A stretch of 60,401 nucleotides of DNA from Chiloscyllium plagiosum (GCF_004010195.1 NC_057759.1:4018649-4079049), one strand, 5' to 3'; shown: positions 10,612 to 22,620, numbered from the stretch's first letter. Made by a program: numbers and translations. The notes: generated from the sequence alone by a model not told the origin.

Positions 10612-13041
10612 AAAGTTAAAAATCACACAACACCAGGTTATAGTCCAACAGGTTTAATCGGAAGCACACTAGCTTTCAGAGCGACACTCCTTGATCACGT
10701 GATTGTGGAGGGCTCGATCGTAACACAGAATTTACAGCAAAAATTTGCAGTGTGATGTAACTGAAATTATAAGCCTTTCATCTGTTAGAATACAGTGATA
10801 GTTCCACTTCATTCATGTGTAAATCACAAAACTCTTTTTTTTTTAAATTTGCATTCTCGGGTTAGCTGTTAACAATGGTGATAGCTAGACAATATGTTGA
10901 AGGTGCTAGCCCCCTGTGTTCTCTGTCTATGACTTGATGTTTAGATTGATTCTAATCTAAAAAGTGAGATAACGGAGTAACCAGTCGAACCGGGAACATT
11001 TCTCGTCACAATGCACATTTCCGTACTCTACACCAGTAACCCCACAAGGATGGCCTCGCGGCAACAGCCTCAGTACTCAACACCAACAACTGCCAGTCTC
11101 CAAACACCATCCTACAACTCATCCGCTTTATCCTCGATCATAACGTCTTCACCTTTGACAATCAATTCTTCATCCAGACACACGGAACAGCCATGGGGAC
11201 CAACTTTGCACCCCAATATGCCAAAATTTTTATGCACAGGCTCGAACAAGATTTCTTCTCTTTGCAGGATCTCCAACCAACATTGTACTTCCGCCCAGCT
11301 CGCGCCACTCTCTGCTGTGAGAAGACCATTGGCGTCAAGGTAAGTTCTTTATATATCAGTCACTTACCTTCCCGACCAGCTCTGCGCTCCAACCTCACTT
11401 CCGCCCAGCTCGCGCCACTCTCTGCTGTGAGAAGACCATTGGCGTCAAGGTAAGTTCTTTATATATCAGTCACTTACCTTCCCGACCAGCTCTGCGCTCC
11501 AACCTCACTTCCGCCCAGCTCGCGCCACTCTCTGCTGTGAGAAGACCATTGGCGTCAAGGTAAGTTCTTTATATATCAGTCACTTACCTTCCCGACCAGC
11601 TCTGCGCTCCAACCTCACTTCCGCCCAGCTCGCGCCACTCTCTGCTGTGAGAAGACCATTGGCGTCAAGGTAAGTTCTTTATATATCAGTCACTTACCTT
11701 CCCGACCAGCTCTGCGCTCCAACCTCACTTCCGCCCAGCTCGCGCCACTCTCTGCTGTGAGAAGACCATTGGCGTCAAGGTAAGTTCTTTATATATCAGT
11801 CACTTACCTTCCCGACCAGCTCTGCGCTCCAACCTCACTTCCGCCCAGCTCGCGCCACTCTCTGCTGTGAGAAGACCATTGGCGTCAAGGTAAGTTCTTT
11901 ATATATCAGTCACTTACCTTCCCGACCAGCTCTGCGCTCCAACCTCACTTCCGCCCAGCTCGCGCCACTCTCTGCTGTGAGAAGACCATTGGCGTCAAGG
12001 TAAGTTCTTTATATATCAGTCACTTACCTTCCCGACCAGCTCTGCGCTCCAACCTCACTTCCGCCCAGCTCGCGCCACTCTCTGCTGTGAGAAGACCATT
12101 GGCGTCAAGGTAAGTTCTTTATATATCAGTCACTTACCTTCCCGACCAGCTCTGCGCTCCAACCTCACTTCCGCCCAGCTCGCGCCACTCTCTGCTGTGA
12201 GAAGACCATTGGCGTCAAGGTAAGTTCTTTATATATCAGTCACTTACCTTCCCGACCAGCTCTGCGCTCCAACCTCACTTCCGCCCAGCTCGCGCCACTC
12301 TCTGCTGTGAGAAGACCATTGGCGTCAAGGTAAGTTCTTTATATATCAGTCACTTACCTTCCCGACCAGCTCTGCGCTCCAACCTCACTTCCGCCCAGCT
12401 CGACAGACTTAAGACACTCTGCACTCACTACACACACACACACAAACACACACACGCACGCTTTCTCACACTCACAACCCTCACCACAGACAGACACACA
12501 CACAGACAGACAAAGACCCACATGCACACATATATTTTGTGTGGTGAATTTGTACTTGCAGAGTTACATTGCACTTTGTTCAAAAACTGCATACATTCAT
12601 GTAGAACTCTGAGCTCAAAAACTGCATGAATTTATGTAAAATTCTGTTATCTCACTTTTTAGATTAGAATTAATCTAAACATCAGGTCATAGACAGAGAA
12701 CACAGGGGGCTAACACCTTCAACATATTGTCTAGCTATCACCATTGTTAACAGCTAACCCGAGAATACAACTTAAAAAAAAGGGTTTTGTGATTTACACA
12801 TGAATGAAGTGGAACTATCACTGTATTCTAACAGATGAAAGGCTTAACAGATTTCAGTTACATCACACTGCAAATTGTTGCTATAAATTCTGTGTTACGA
12901 TCGAGCCGTCCACAATCACCCGATGAAGGAGTGTCGCTCCACGAGCTCGTGTGCTTCCAATTAAACCTGTTGGACTATAATCTGGTGTTGTGTGTTTTTT
13001 AACTTTGTACACCCCAGTCCAACACCGGCATCTCCAAATCG
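10612..13041 (+). mobile_element. Penelope-like element with inverted arms, RT fragment and internal tandem array
   Basis: 10612-10978 is the reverse complement of ~12642-13007. The RT fragment at 10995-11290 reads 'FTFDNQFFIQTHGTAMGTNFAPQYAKIFMHRLEQDF'. There is a 3' tail extension at 13007-13040 and a TSD 'tgttattaaag' at 10605-10615 and 13042-13052. Confidence 0.92.
11287..12402. repeat. Tandem array of a 110-bp unit, ~10.1 copies, apparently invariant
   Basis: Unit 'ccgcccagctcgcgccactc...ctccaacctcactt' starts at 11291, 11401, 11511 ... 12281, with a partial copy at 12391. No differences seen between units by eye. Confidence 0.99.
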
Positions 13042-13421
13042 TGTTATTAAAGGCTGTTTGTTGTCTCCCACCTCCTAGCCTTCTCACTTCATAACCTGTG
13101 AACTTTTTGTGTCATTTTTAATATTTGTGCTAAAGCGGTTGTTTAAGTAGATTGTTGCGTTAATCTTTGGAACAGCATCATTAAGTTGGGATAGTCTGTC
13201 GGCTTTGGATATGATAGGCTATCTGATATTCTATTTTCTGTTCTTTGTGCTTTATCCCATATTTTGGCAAATAAGTTCTTTTTGTTTAAACATAGGCAGG
13301 CAAATCAACCAATTCACTCCTGGAATATCCACCATACATTTTACGAAGCAAATAGAAAATTTACAAACAGGGCTACCAGCTAAAGAATATTTAGAGGGTT
13401 CGGGCCTGGTCCTTAACAGAT

Positions 13422-13440
13422 TGGGGGCTCTTTGCCGGAT
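13422..13440 (+). promoter_or_regulatory. Primer-binding site, tRNA-Pro-like (degenerate)
   Basis: 'tgggggctctttgccggat' lies 3 nt after the LTR end; the canonical tRNA-Pro PBS is TGGGGGCTCGTCCGGGAT. Confidence 0.75.
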
Positions 13441-16400
13441 TTAGACAGCGAGTAGTAGATGTTAGTGCCTTTATTTCTGGTCTTGATTTGGTTGATTTAC
13501 ACAGTAATGGCTCGGATAGCAATGGTTCTTTCTGTCTTCAAGAGCTTTCTGGGAGTGGAACAGATGACCTTGTGGTTTTTACAAAAGGTGGTTAAGGCCA
13601 AGCTGCAGGAATTAGCAGACAAGCTTGGTTTGGCGCTGTCTTCTAAAGTGAATAAAGATGAGATGATTGCAATAATAGCTCAGCATTGAACTTTGATGGA
13701 AACACCATCAGCAAATGTAGAGATGGCAAGAATGCAATTACAAATGAAACATCCTGAATTAGATCGAGAGATAAGGAAAGGCAACAGAAATGAAAATGTT
13801 TGAGTTAGGATTAAAATTGGAGGAGAAAGAAAAAGAACGAAGGGCTTTAGCAATAGAGAAAGAAAATGAATGTTTGAACTTCAGAAAATGACACTTAGAA
13901 ATGAAAGTCAGCTGAAAAGGATGGACATGAAGGCTGAACGTAAGCTTAGTGTGGAAGAGCATAGAGTTAAAACGGCGAGTTTAGCAGCTGGAATGGCTGA
14001 TGATCATGAGTTGATGATAAAACTCGTTTTGGCTTCAAGAATCAATTTCGAACACGGGAGGGAAAGAAAATGGGGAAAGTAGAAATCCTCACGTGTAAGG
14101 TGAAAGGTAGATCTCAGTGAAGACCATAAAGAAAACTTACTGCAAGGTAAAACGGAAACCATTAAAAGGAGCAAAGAAGTCAAAATGCTTTAGTGTTTTC
14201 ATTGCAAGACAATGGGTCACAAGGAATCACTGTGTTTGTCGGCTCGGGAAAAAAAAAAGCCAGATGTAGGAAAACAGGATAAGCCTGGGAATTTTGTTGA
14301 AATGGTAACATATAGCACAGTGGAAGCTAAGAAAACGGCGTCAATGTGTAAGCTGATCGGAGATTGGTTAATGAGATAGTGCCTGATCTGCATAGAATAT
14401 ATACCTGCAAAGATAAAGTTTATTCTCGTAGGTCAGGAGTAGCAGGTAATGAGTTTAGAATATTAAGGAGCACAGGATTCTCTCAGTCTGTGATGCTGAA
14501 GAATAAGGAGATATGTACTCCTGGGGACTATTGCCAGAAAAGGTACTGGTAACGGGAACTCATGGTCTGAAAAAGGCAGTCAATTATATAAGGTGAGGCG
14601 AGGGTGTCCAGAAAAGAGAATTTGTTTTAGGAGTACTGGACAAACTCTCAGCTCCAGGAATACAGTGTGTCTTTGTGTATGACAGAACCGATTCACCAGT
14701 AGGTGTACCGCCTAACGTAGACGACAAGCCAGTTGAGAATCAGGCAACTGAAGCAATGCAGGAGTTTTACCCTGGAATCTTACCTGATTGTGCAGTAACG
14801 AGGTCACAGAGGCACCAGTTGAAACAGGAGAGATCAAAGGTTATAGATAAGGAAGCTGCAGTGGCATTAGCAGAGACTATGTTCAATCAGATGGTTGAGA
14901 TAGAACAAGAATGAATAGATCATTGTGCAACTATCTAGCTCTGCAAAGCTAGATACAGCAGAAAGATGAACATTTGTATCAAGAGGCATATACAGAGACA
15001 GAATCTGAATGTATCTCTAAGTGCTATTACCTGAAAAATTGAGTCTTAATGAGGAAATCGAGACTATCACATAGTCAAACAGATCAGAAATAGCAAGAAA
15101 TTCAACAAATTGTCTTGGCAGTGGGGTGTGGAAGGAAGATATTGTAACTGGCGCATGAGCAATCGCTTGGAGGCCATTTTGGAGTGAGAAAAATAAAGGT
15201 TAAATTCCAAAAAAAAAACATTTCTAATGACTAGGGCTGCACAGGAATGTAGTTGATTTTTTCCATATGTGTCACACATGTCGTGAAAGTGGAAAACCAC
15301 AGGCGAAAATAAAAGCTGCACTTCTAATACCTGCTCCAGCATTTGAGGAACCTTTTACAGAGTCTTAATTGATTGTGTAGGTCCCCTACCTCAAACAAAA
15401 TTATGAATCAGTATTTGTTAACAACAATGGATGCATCGAGCAGATTTCCAGTGGCTATTCATTACGCAAAATGACAGCTCGAATTATTATAGAGGAATTA
15501 CTCAAATTATTTACTAAATACGGACTACCAAGAGAGATACAGTTCGATCAAGATTCCACTTCTCATCAAAATGATTCAAGGAAGTTACGGACAACTTAGG
15601 AATAAAACAATTAATGTCTACTGCATAACATCCAGTTTCGCAGCGAATGCTAGAAAGGTGGCATCAAACACTAAAGACCATGTTAAGGGCTTATAATCAT
15701 GACTGTCTAGATGAATGGGTTAGGGAATTCTCTTTGTGCTATTTGCGAACAGAGATGCAGCAAATGAATCGATCATATTCTGTCTTGGTTTCTGGGTATA
15801 AAGTGAGAGGACAATTAAAATTAATTAAGGAGAAATGGGTAAGTCAGAATTCAGAGATCACACATTTGGATAGGTTTCAAATTTTTGGGAGCGATTAAAT
15901 GGAGCTAGGGTGTTGGCTAAACAGCATTTAAAACTATTGCAGTTTGCAATGAAACATGAAGCAGGCAAGAAATCAAAAATTCGCGATTTTGCTATTGGGG
16001 TACGATATGAGTGTTACTTCCAGTAATAGGTGAATCTTTAAAAGCAAGGTTTAGTGGGTGGTATCAAATCGAAACGATATTGTGTGAGGTGAATTACTCG
16101 ATAGAGACTCCAGACAGAAAGAAATCTCACAAGATGTGTCATGTGAATATGTTCAAGCTGTATTTTGATATGTAAGGAAAGCAAGAGGAGAAGATGTTTA
16201 ATGATTACAGAAGGAAGAACCTAGTTCAGAGGATTCTGAACAGGACATTCTTCAAAGTAAATTGGACAATGAGGAACTCGTCAAAAATTGGGAGAAATTA
16301 TTGAGTTACCTTCCTGAGAAAATTGAAATAACCTGGAAGAGTTATGACGATCACATGAGAAGATATATGGAAATAAACGCGAAGTGATAATCTAATTTTA

Positions 16401-17631
16401 CATGAAGTAGATATAGAAGATATTGTTCCGATTAAGCAACATCCTTATAGGCATAAACCTCTAACATTGGCACAGGTTTAGAAGCAACATTTGAACGCAA
16501 GCTCCACGATGACGTAATTGAAGTGAGTTACAGTGACTGGGGCTAACCTATAGCAATGGTACCAAAGCCAGATGACACCCAACGGTTATGTGTAGACTAT
16601 TGCAAAGTGAACGCAGTTACAACGACTAATACACATCAAATTCTGCGGTTGGAAAACTGTATTGAAAAGATGGGACAAACAACTTACATTTCTAAGTTAG
16701 AATTGCTCAAAGACTACCTTGCAAGTAACCTCGTCAGGAAAAGCAAAGGCAATGTCAACTTTCATAACGCCAAACGGTGTATATCAGTTTAAAGTCATGT
16801 CACCTAGTATGAAAAACACTCGGGCCATATTTCAGAGTCTGACCAATAAGGTCGCTGTTGATTTATCGAACTTGTTCGATGGACTTCAGAAGGCAAGCTT
16901 TCTGGTAAACCCAACTAAAAGTGAATTTGCCAAAGCCCAAGGCAACTTCCTGGGCCATGTTAGTGGACATGGGCAAATGGCTCATAGGGTTTCATAAACA
17001 AACGGAGTCGGGAATTCCCATACCATCGACAAAATGAGCAGAACTACGGTTACTGGGATTGAGTGGTTGTTGTCAAACTTTTCTGCGGAATTTCAACAGT
17101 GTAGCTGCTCTACTCACTGATTTGCTAAATAAAGGCAAGATGTTTCAGTAGACAGCAGACTGTCAGAAGGCGTTTAGCAGCCTGAAAGCTATGTTAACCA
17201 CTGGCCCGGTATTAGCCACGCCTGATAGCAGAAAGCTTTTCAAGCTGGTTATCAATGCGAGTAATGTAGGTGTCGGTGCTGTGCGCCTGCGGGACGACGA
17301 GGAGAAAAAAATGAAGAACCAGCAGGTATTTCTCTAGGACGTTCAACGTTCATCAGCAGAAAGATTCAACAGTTGACAAAGGGACTTTGAGCTTCGTGTT
17401 GGCATGACAATATTTCAGTGTCGATATCACCAGAAATGCATCTGAGACAGTCGTAAACACTGTTTATAGCCCATTGCAATTTGTGGAGAAAATTAAGGAC
17501 AACAACTCCAGACTGTTTAGATCGAACCTGTTGTTACAGCGATTAAAATTGAAAATTATGCATGTAGCAAATCGTGAAAATGTGATTGCCGATGCATTGT
17601 TGAGACTTAAAAGACAGATGAAGGCCTTTAT

Positions 17632-17893
17632 CTAGATTACTTACATTGTGGAAACAGGCCCTTCGGCTCAACAAGTCCACACCGACCCGGCAAAGCGCAA
17701 CTCACCCATACATTTACCCCTTCACCTAACGCTACGGGCAATTTATCATGATGGCCAATTCACCTGACCTGCACATCTTTGGACTGTAGGAGGAAACCGG
17801 AGCACCCGGAGGAAACCCACGGAGACACGGGGAGAATGTGCACACTCCACATAGTCAGTCGCCTGAGGCGGGAATTGAACCCGGGTCTCTGGC
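17632..17893 (-). mobile_element. HE1-type SINE inserted between RNaseH and PPT
   Basis: 'tagattacttacattgtggaaacaggcccttcgg...ggaaaccggagcacccggaggaaacccac...ggaattgaacccggg'. Confidence 0.92.
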
Positions 17894-17977
17894 CTTTGGT
17901 GTTGGGAGAACCATAGACTATATCCAAATGTAGTTGTGCATGTTTGAAGCTAGGTTTTGATATTGATGTTATTTTTT

Positions 17978-17988
17978 AAAGGGGGAGG
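17978..17988 (+). promoter_or_regulatory. Polypurine tract
   Basis: 'aaagggggagg' immediately before TGTGACG of the 3' LTR. Confidence 0.85.
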
Positions 17989-18628
17989 TGTGACGAACCT
18001 GTTGCTTTAACAAGGTTCTTAGTCACTTGAGTTCTTTTGCAGAGACAGACTAATTGTGTAGGCTTCAACGAGGCTGGGTTTGAAAGGTATATTTGGGCCA
18101 TATTTGTTTATCCCAAAAAGATAATGTCTCTGGCCTAAGCCTTTCGTGTCTTTCAAAAAAAATCCCAGTGTAATAAAAGGGGAGTGACCAGCTTGCTAGG
18201 AAGCTAGCCTTCGTTTAGATTAGGGATTTTGATTCAGCTCAGCATCAGTATGTGTTAAGGTAGGCAGGTGGTTCTCTCCCTCCTTCCACCCTTTGACTGC
18301 GTAACCTGGAAGCTTTATGTATCATTTTAAATCTTTGTGTTAAGGGTCTGTTTATGGGGATTGTTGTAAGAATCTTTAGAACAGCATGATTAAGTCGGGA
18401 TAGTCTGTTGGGTTTGGATAGGATAAGATATTCGGTGCTCTATTTTCTGATCTTTGTGTTTCATTCCGCAATTTTGTAAATTAATTCTGTTTGTTTAAAA
18501 CTTGACAGTTGAATCAGCTAATTCACTCCGGAAATATCCACAACACACTTACCTAAAAATAAAGCAACGTTACGGTCTGGACTACGCAGCTTAAGAATGT
18601 GTTGAGCAGTCGGGTCTGTTCTATAACG
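17989..18628 (+). repeat. 3' LTR
   Basis: Colinear with the split 5' LTR (shared 'gggccat.tttgtttatccc', 'ttaagt.gggatagtctgt', 'aattcactcc.ggaa'); ends 'ctataacg'. Confidence 0.88.
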
Positions 18629-18689
18629 TATCATACAGAACATGGAATGCGGCTGATTAACATTTGCGAGTTTAACACGCATTCATTTT

Positions 18690-19281
18690 TTCAGACCATT
18701 GAGTATAGTCGTTGAGACTTCATGTTGCATTTGTACAGGTCATTGGTGAGGCCAATTTTGCAGTTCTGAATATACTTCTAGTTACCCTGTCAGAGAAAGA
18801 GTGTTATTACATTTGAAAGTGTGCAAAAAAATAGCTATTACCATTATTCGAGAGTTTGAATTAGAAGGACACGCTGGATAGAATCGGCCTTGTTTCCCTG
18901 GAGCTTATGACTTTGAGGCGTGTTATTACAGAGGTTTGTCAAATCATGAATGGCACAGAGAGAGTGAACAGGAACAGTCTTTTCCCCAGGATAAGGGCGC
19001 CTAAACTAAGGGCACAGGGTTAAATTGAGAGGGGAATAGCCTAAAAGGGACCTTTTCACATAGACAGAGATGTAAGAGTGTGATTAGCTGCCAGATAAAG
19101 TGGTAGCTACAGGTTCAGTTGCAACATTTGAAACACATTTGGATAGGTTTGTGAAGAGGGCAGATTTCGAAGGATATTGGCCAAATGGAGGTAAACAAGA
19201 CTAGTTTAGTTTAAGAAACTTGGCCAGCATGTAGTAGTTGGGCTAAAGGGCTTGTTTCCGTGCTGTATGACTCGATGCCTC
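18690..19281 (+). mobile_element. Old CR1 LINE 3' fragment
   Basis: 'ttgtacaggtcattggtgaggcc' to the tail 'tgtttccgtgctgtatgactc'. Confidence 0.8.
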
Positions 19282-19788
19282 AGTAAAACATCATTGACTG
19301 GGATGAAACAACGCGATCAGGATTTGTTGAATTCATTGTCTGAGAGCCAGAGAAGTTTCTGGGCGGAGAAGCGCACTAAAAGATCAAGTAAACAGAAGAA
19401 ATGATTTCTCAAGAGGAGCTCTGGAGACCAACAATCGCCAAGTAATTACCCTGAAGTCATCTTCAAGTGGACAGAGAACTATGAGGCAAGATCATCACAA
19501 AGAGCAAAGGTGGCCATGACGCTATCCAAATGTACAGAGTTCGGGTTAAATGTGAACTAAATTAAACAAGTTATATTTGAATTTAAGTCAGATGAGGTAA
19601 GACGCGAATGCATGCTTTATATTGAGTGTTGGTATCTAAATGTTTAAATAAAGATTGGTTTGTTTATTTAAGTACTGATTTGATTCCTCACCTTTCTGTC
19701 TGCAAGATATCTTGGGAATAGAGGTTCAGTGTCCCTTCTGACAATGTGGCAATCTAGAACTGATGTCTTCTTCTGTTTTGATCCAAAC

Positions 19789-20079
19789 CTGAGAAGTTGA
19801 GGGCAGGCACCTCATTGCAGTTGAAATCACGGGCAATAGCATTTGCAGCACAGCAGAAGTATACGGCGCCCTCCCCCTCAGTTGGCACGGTGACATTGTA
19901 AGTTGCTATCCAAGAGGGAATGACTGTCATATTACCGAGGAGGTCGTGGCGATGACAGTACTGCAAGAGGTTTATCAGCAGTCTCCCTTTTTTGGAGGTA
20001 CACTGGACGGTAAAACGGTCACCAACGGACACCACAGATCTTTTCAAATCTGAACTGATGGATGGGCAGCTCACTGGGA
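19789..20079 (-). CDS. Ig C2-type domain exon, Fc receptor-like/PECAM-like (open frame, phase 1-1)
   Basis: Acceptor 'tttttatctctcctcgccag|tc', donor 'tcag|gtttgg', 291 bp. Encodes 'PVSCPSISSD...GDRFTVQCTSKKG...LLGNMTV....ATYNVT...VYFCCAANAI', resembling FCRL domains (PVSxP, CxxxxGxxPI, YxCxAxN). Confidence 0.75.
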
Positions 20080-20749
20080 CTGGCGAGGAGAGATAAAAAG
20101 CAGGAATCAATTAAATCCCAAACAGCAAAAGTAATTATCCCACTACAAATTGCACACGGAGATGACTTTTCGCACGAAGACACAACTCAAGTGGGGAAGG
20201 TGAAGATTTTGATACAGTTACTGAGTGACAAAAGTCTTTAGTACAGACAGAGACCCATCAGCCTATTGAGCCTTAACAGGTAAAGCAAGTACCTTGCTAT
20301 TCTAATCAAATTTTAATCAGGGCTGCTCCTTAGGGCTAAAGGGATCAAAGGTTTTGAGGTGAAAGGGGAACGAGAGCACTGAGTTGGATGATCAGCCATG
20401 ATTAGATTGAATGGAGAAACAGGCTTCGAAGGGCCGAATAACCTACTCCTGCTCCTATTTTCAGTGATGCTATGAATGAAGGAATCAAATGAAGGTCAGT
20501 GATGGTCTCCCACATATTAAAAAGACATGCATGACTGAGCTGTGCTGACATATCTCAATTTACTTCATTTCGATTAACATTATGTGACTTCCATTTACTT
20601 ATAATTTGTTTCACTTGATCTTACAATAACGAAAATACCAACTATCGATCAACCTTAACTGGTACTGAGAAATTCAACTAACAATTAAGATACTTCACTA
20701 AGTCCAAATAAACATCATTGAAATCTTTGTTTGTTACTGCTATTATTTT

Positions 20750-21230
20750 TTCTTTAACTTACAGGTCGTGGGTGCGGCTGGCTGGGCCTAGCATTAATTG
20801 ACCCCGTCCCTAGTTGCACCGTTAAGATAATGGTGATCTGTTTTCTTGAACTGCTGCACTCCATGTGCTGGAGATAGGTTCCCAATGCCTTCAGGGAGGG
20901 AACCCCAGAGATTTGACACAACAACAGCGAAGGAATCGCTGATATATTTCCAAGTAAAGATGCTGAGTGCCTCGAACGGAAGATTGCAGGCATGGTGTTC
21001 CTATGTATCTGTTGCCTTTGTACTAGTACACATTGTATTGGTCATGGGACTAGAAGGTGTTCTCTGAGAACCTTTGGTGAATGTCTGCAGTGCATCTTTT
21101 AGGTGGTAAGCACTGCTGCTACTGAGCGTCGATGGTGGAGCGGATGGATGTTTGTGGATGTGATGCCAATCAAGTGGCAGCTGCTTTGTCCTGGATGTGG
21201 TCGAGCTTCTCAAATGCTGTGGGAGCTAAA
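20750..21230 (-). mobile_element. Old LINE (CR1/L2 group) 3' fragment
   Basis: Same family as 41975-43330 ('gtgatgccaatcaag..gcagctgctttgtcctggatg'). Confidence 0.65.
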
Positions 21231-21559
21231 GATGCGTGTGCCTATTCTAAATACCAATTCAATTAGAGTTTCTTCTCAGAAGTGTTGATGCTCCTCCCTA
21301 TGTGCCAGAGGGTCTGGGGGTTCAAACCCTAGCTTCTTCAAGGTACGTGATAGCAACCTTCGAACAGGCTAGTTAGAAAATAATGAAAAAAAAATCATTT
21401 CAATGAGATTAACAGTGCTGATTATCAGAGGATTCATTCAATCAAGCCAAAAGCGCGTCGTTAGCTTGGGCACCATTTATTGCCCCAACGTAATAGCTTC
21501 TTGGCTCTCTAACAAACCTGTTTATTAGAACGTTATCAGTTGCCATGAGACTCAAACCT

Positions 21560-22020
21560 TCTCCCACATCTGTTCTAAACTCTCGTGACTATAATGCTAA
21601 TTGATCCAGTCTGTCTTCACACATCAGTCCTGCCATCCCAGGAATTTGTCTGGAAACGGCAGCTGCACATCTTTCATCGCCAAAACATCGTTCCTCAGAT
21701 AAAGTTACCGCAAACTTTACATGTAACACAGCAGGAAATGGGTTCACTCTGTTCAACAGCAGCAAACATCCTTCTCCATGAAGGACAGCATCCCATGTGC
21801 CATCTTTATTGACTGCTGTTGCTGCTACAATGCTCACTTAGAGCGACTAGTGCGCAAGGGACACATAGGTCTTATTGCTGCCTTTCCTTATTGATCACCA
21901 TTCTGATTAACAGTCCACCTTCCCGTATTTACTTCCAAAGAGAATAAACTCATACTGATCCACATTAAACTGCATCACCTGCTGCACTTTTGGCCAATCT
22001 TGTCCAAATCACACTGAAGC
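21560..22020 (-). mobile_element. Decayed CR1 RT fragment
   Basis: Minus translation ends 'RQIPGMAGLMCEDRLDQLAL', the CR1 C-terminal motif. Confidence 0.7.
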
Positions 22021-22237
22021 AACTCTAAATATTCCTTTACATCTCTTTGTCCATTAGTGCACAAGATACTGGAGCAGAATGATGGCATTCCACTTATTCC
22101 ATCATCGCTGTGTGCCACAGAGGTAGCCTCGATCTGAACTTTTATGTAAAGTTAAGCATAGGCTCCTGCGTTCCAGCTGTAATTCAATTTGTCAGCTTTC
22201 AGCAAAATAAACTTCAGTCTTAGATTAGAGCGCTGCT

Positions 22238-22283
22238 GGAACATTCCTGATGAAGGGCTCCGCCCGAAACGTCGATTCTCCTC
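22238..22283 (+). ncRNA. Minimal type I hammerhead ribozyme motif (PLE-derived)
   Basis: CTGATGA-A-GGGC-tcc-GCCC-GAAA-CGTC at 22247-22273: intact core boxes, stem II, palindromic ACGT and GUC cleavage triplet. Confidence 0.75.
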
Positions 22284-22332
22284 TTAGTCGCATGCTGCCT
22301 GACCTGCTGTGCTGTTCCAGCACCACTCTAGT

Positions 22333-22620
22333 GGGCGGCACAGTGGTTAGCACTGTTGCCTCACAGCGCCAGAGACCCCGGTTCAATTCCTACCTCAGGG
22401 GACTGACCGTGTGGAGTTTGTACATTCGCCCCGTGTCTGTGTGGGTTTCCTCCAGGTGCTCTGGTTTCCTCCCACAATCCAAAAAAATGTGCAGGTTGGT
22501 GAATTTCCCGTAGTCTAAGATGAAGGGGTAAATGTAGGGGGATGGGTCCGCGTGGGTTGCGCTTCGGCGGGTCAGTGTTGGGCCGAAGTGCCTGTTTCCA
22601 TACTGTAAGTAATCTAATCT
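22333..22620 (+). mobile_element. HE1-type SINE
   Basis: tRNA-like head 'ggcggcacagtggttagcactg...ggttcaattcc' (A/B boxes) and 'taatctaatct' tail. Confidence 0.93.

Larger units (their letters stand above)
10343..13418 (+). repeat. 5' LTR, split by a Penelope insertion at 10616-13041
   Basis: 10343-10615 plus 13053-13418 align to the 3' LTR; ends '...ccttaaca'. Confidence 0.88.
10343..18628 (+). mobile_element. Decayed Gmr1-like Ty3/Gypsy LTR retrotransposon (gag-PR-IN-RT-RNaseH)
   Basis: Two related LTRs starting TGTGACG (10343, 17989). Gag zinc knuckle CFHCKTMGHKESLC (~14194-14235). Protease-like 'ILRSTGFSQS' (~14460). Integrase 'PAFEEPF..LIDCVGPLP', 'LERWHQTLKTMLRAY' (15330-15700). RT 'PIKQHPYR', 'VPKPDDTQRLCVDYCKVNAVT' (16430-17000). 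RNaseH end 'NRENVIADAL' (~17570-17600). Flanks TATT/TATC resemble a 4-bp TSD with one mismatch. Confidence 0.92.

Noticed and set aside
11287..12402. CRISPR-like array
   Set aside because: Units are wholly identical with no unique spacers, there are no cas genes, and the context is vertebrate.
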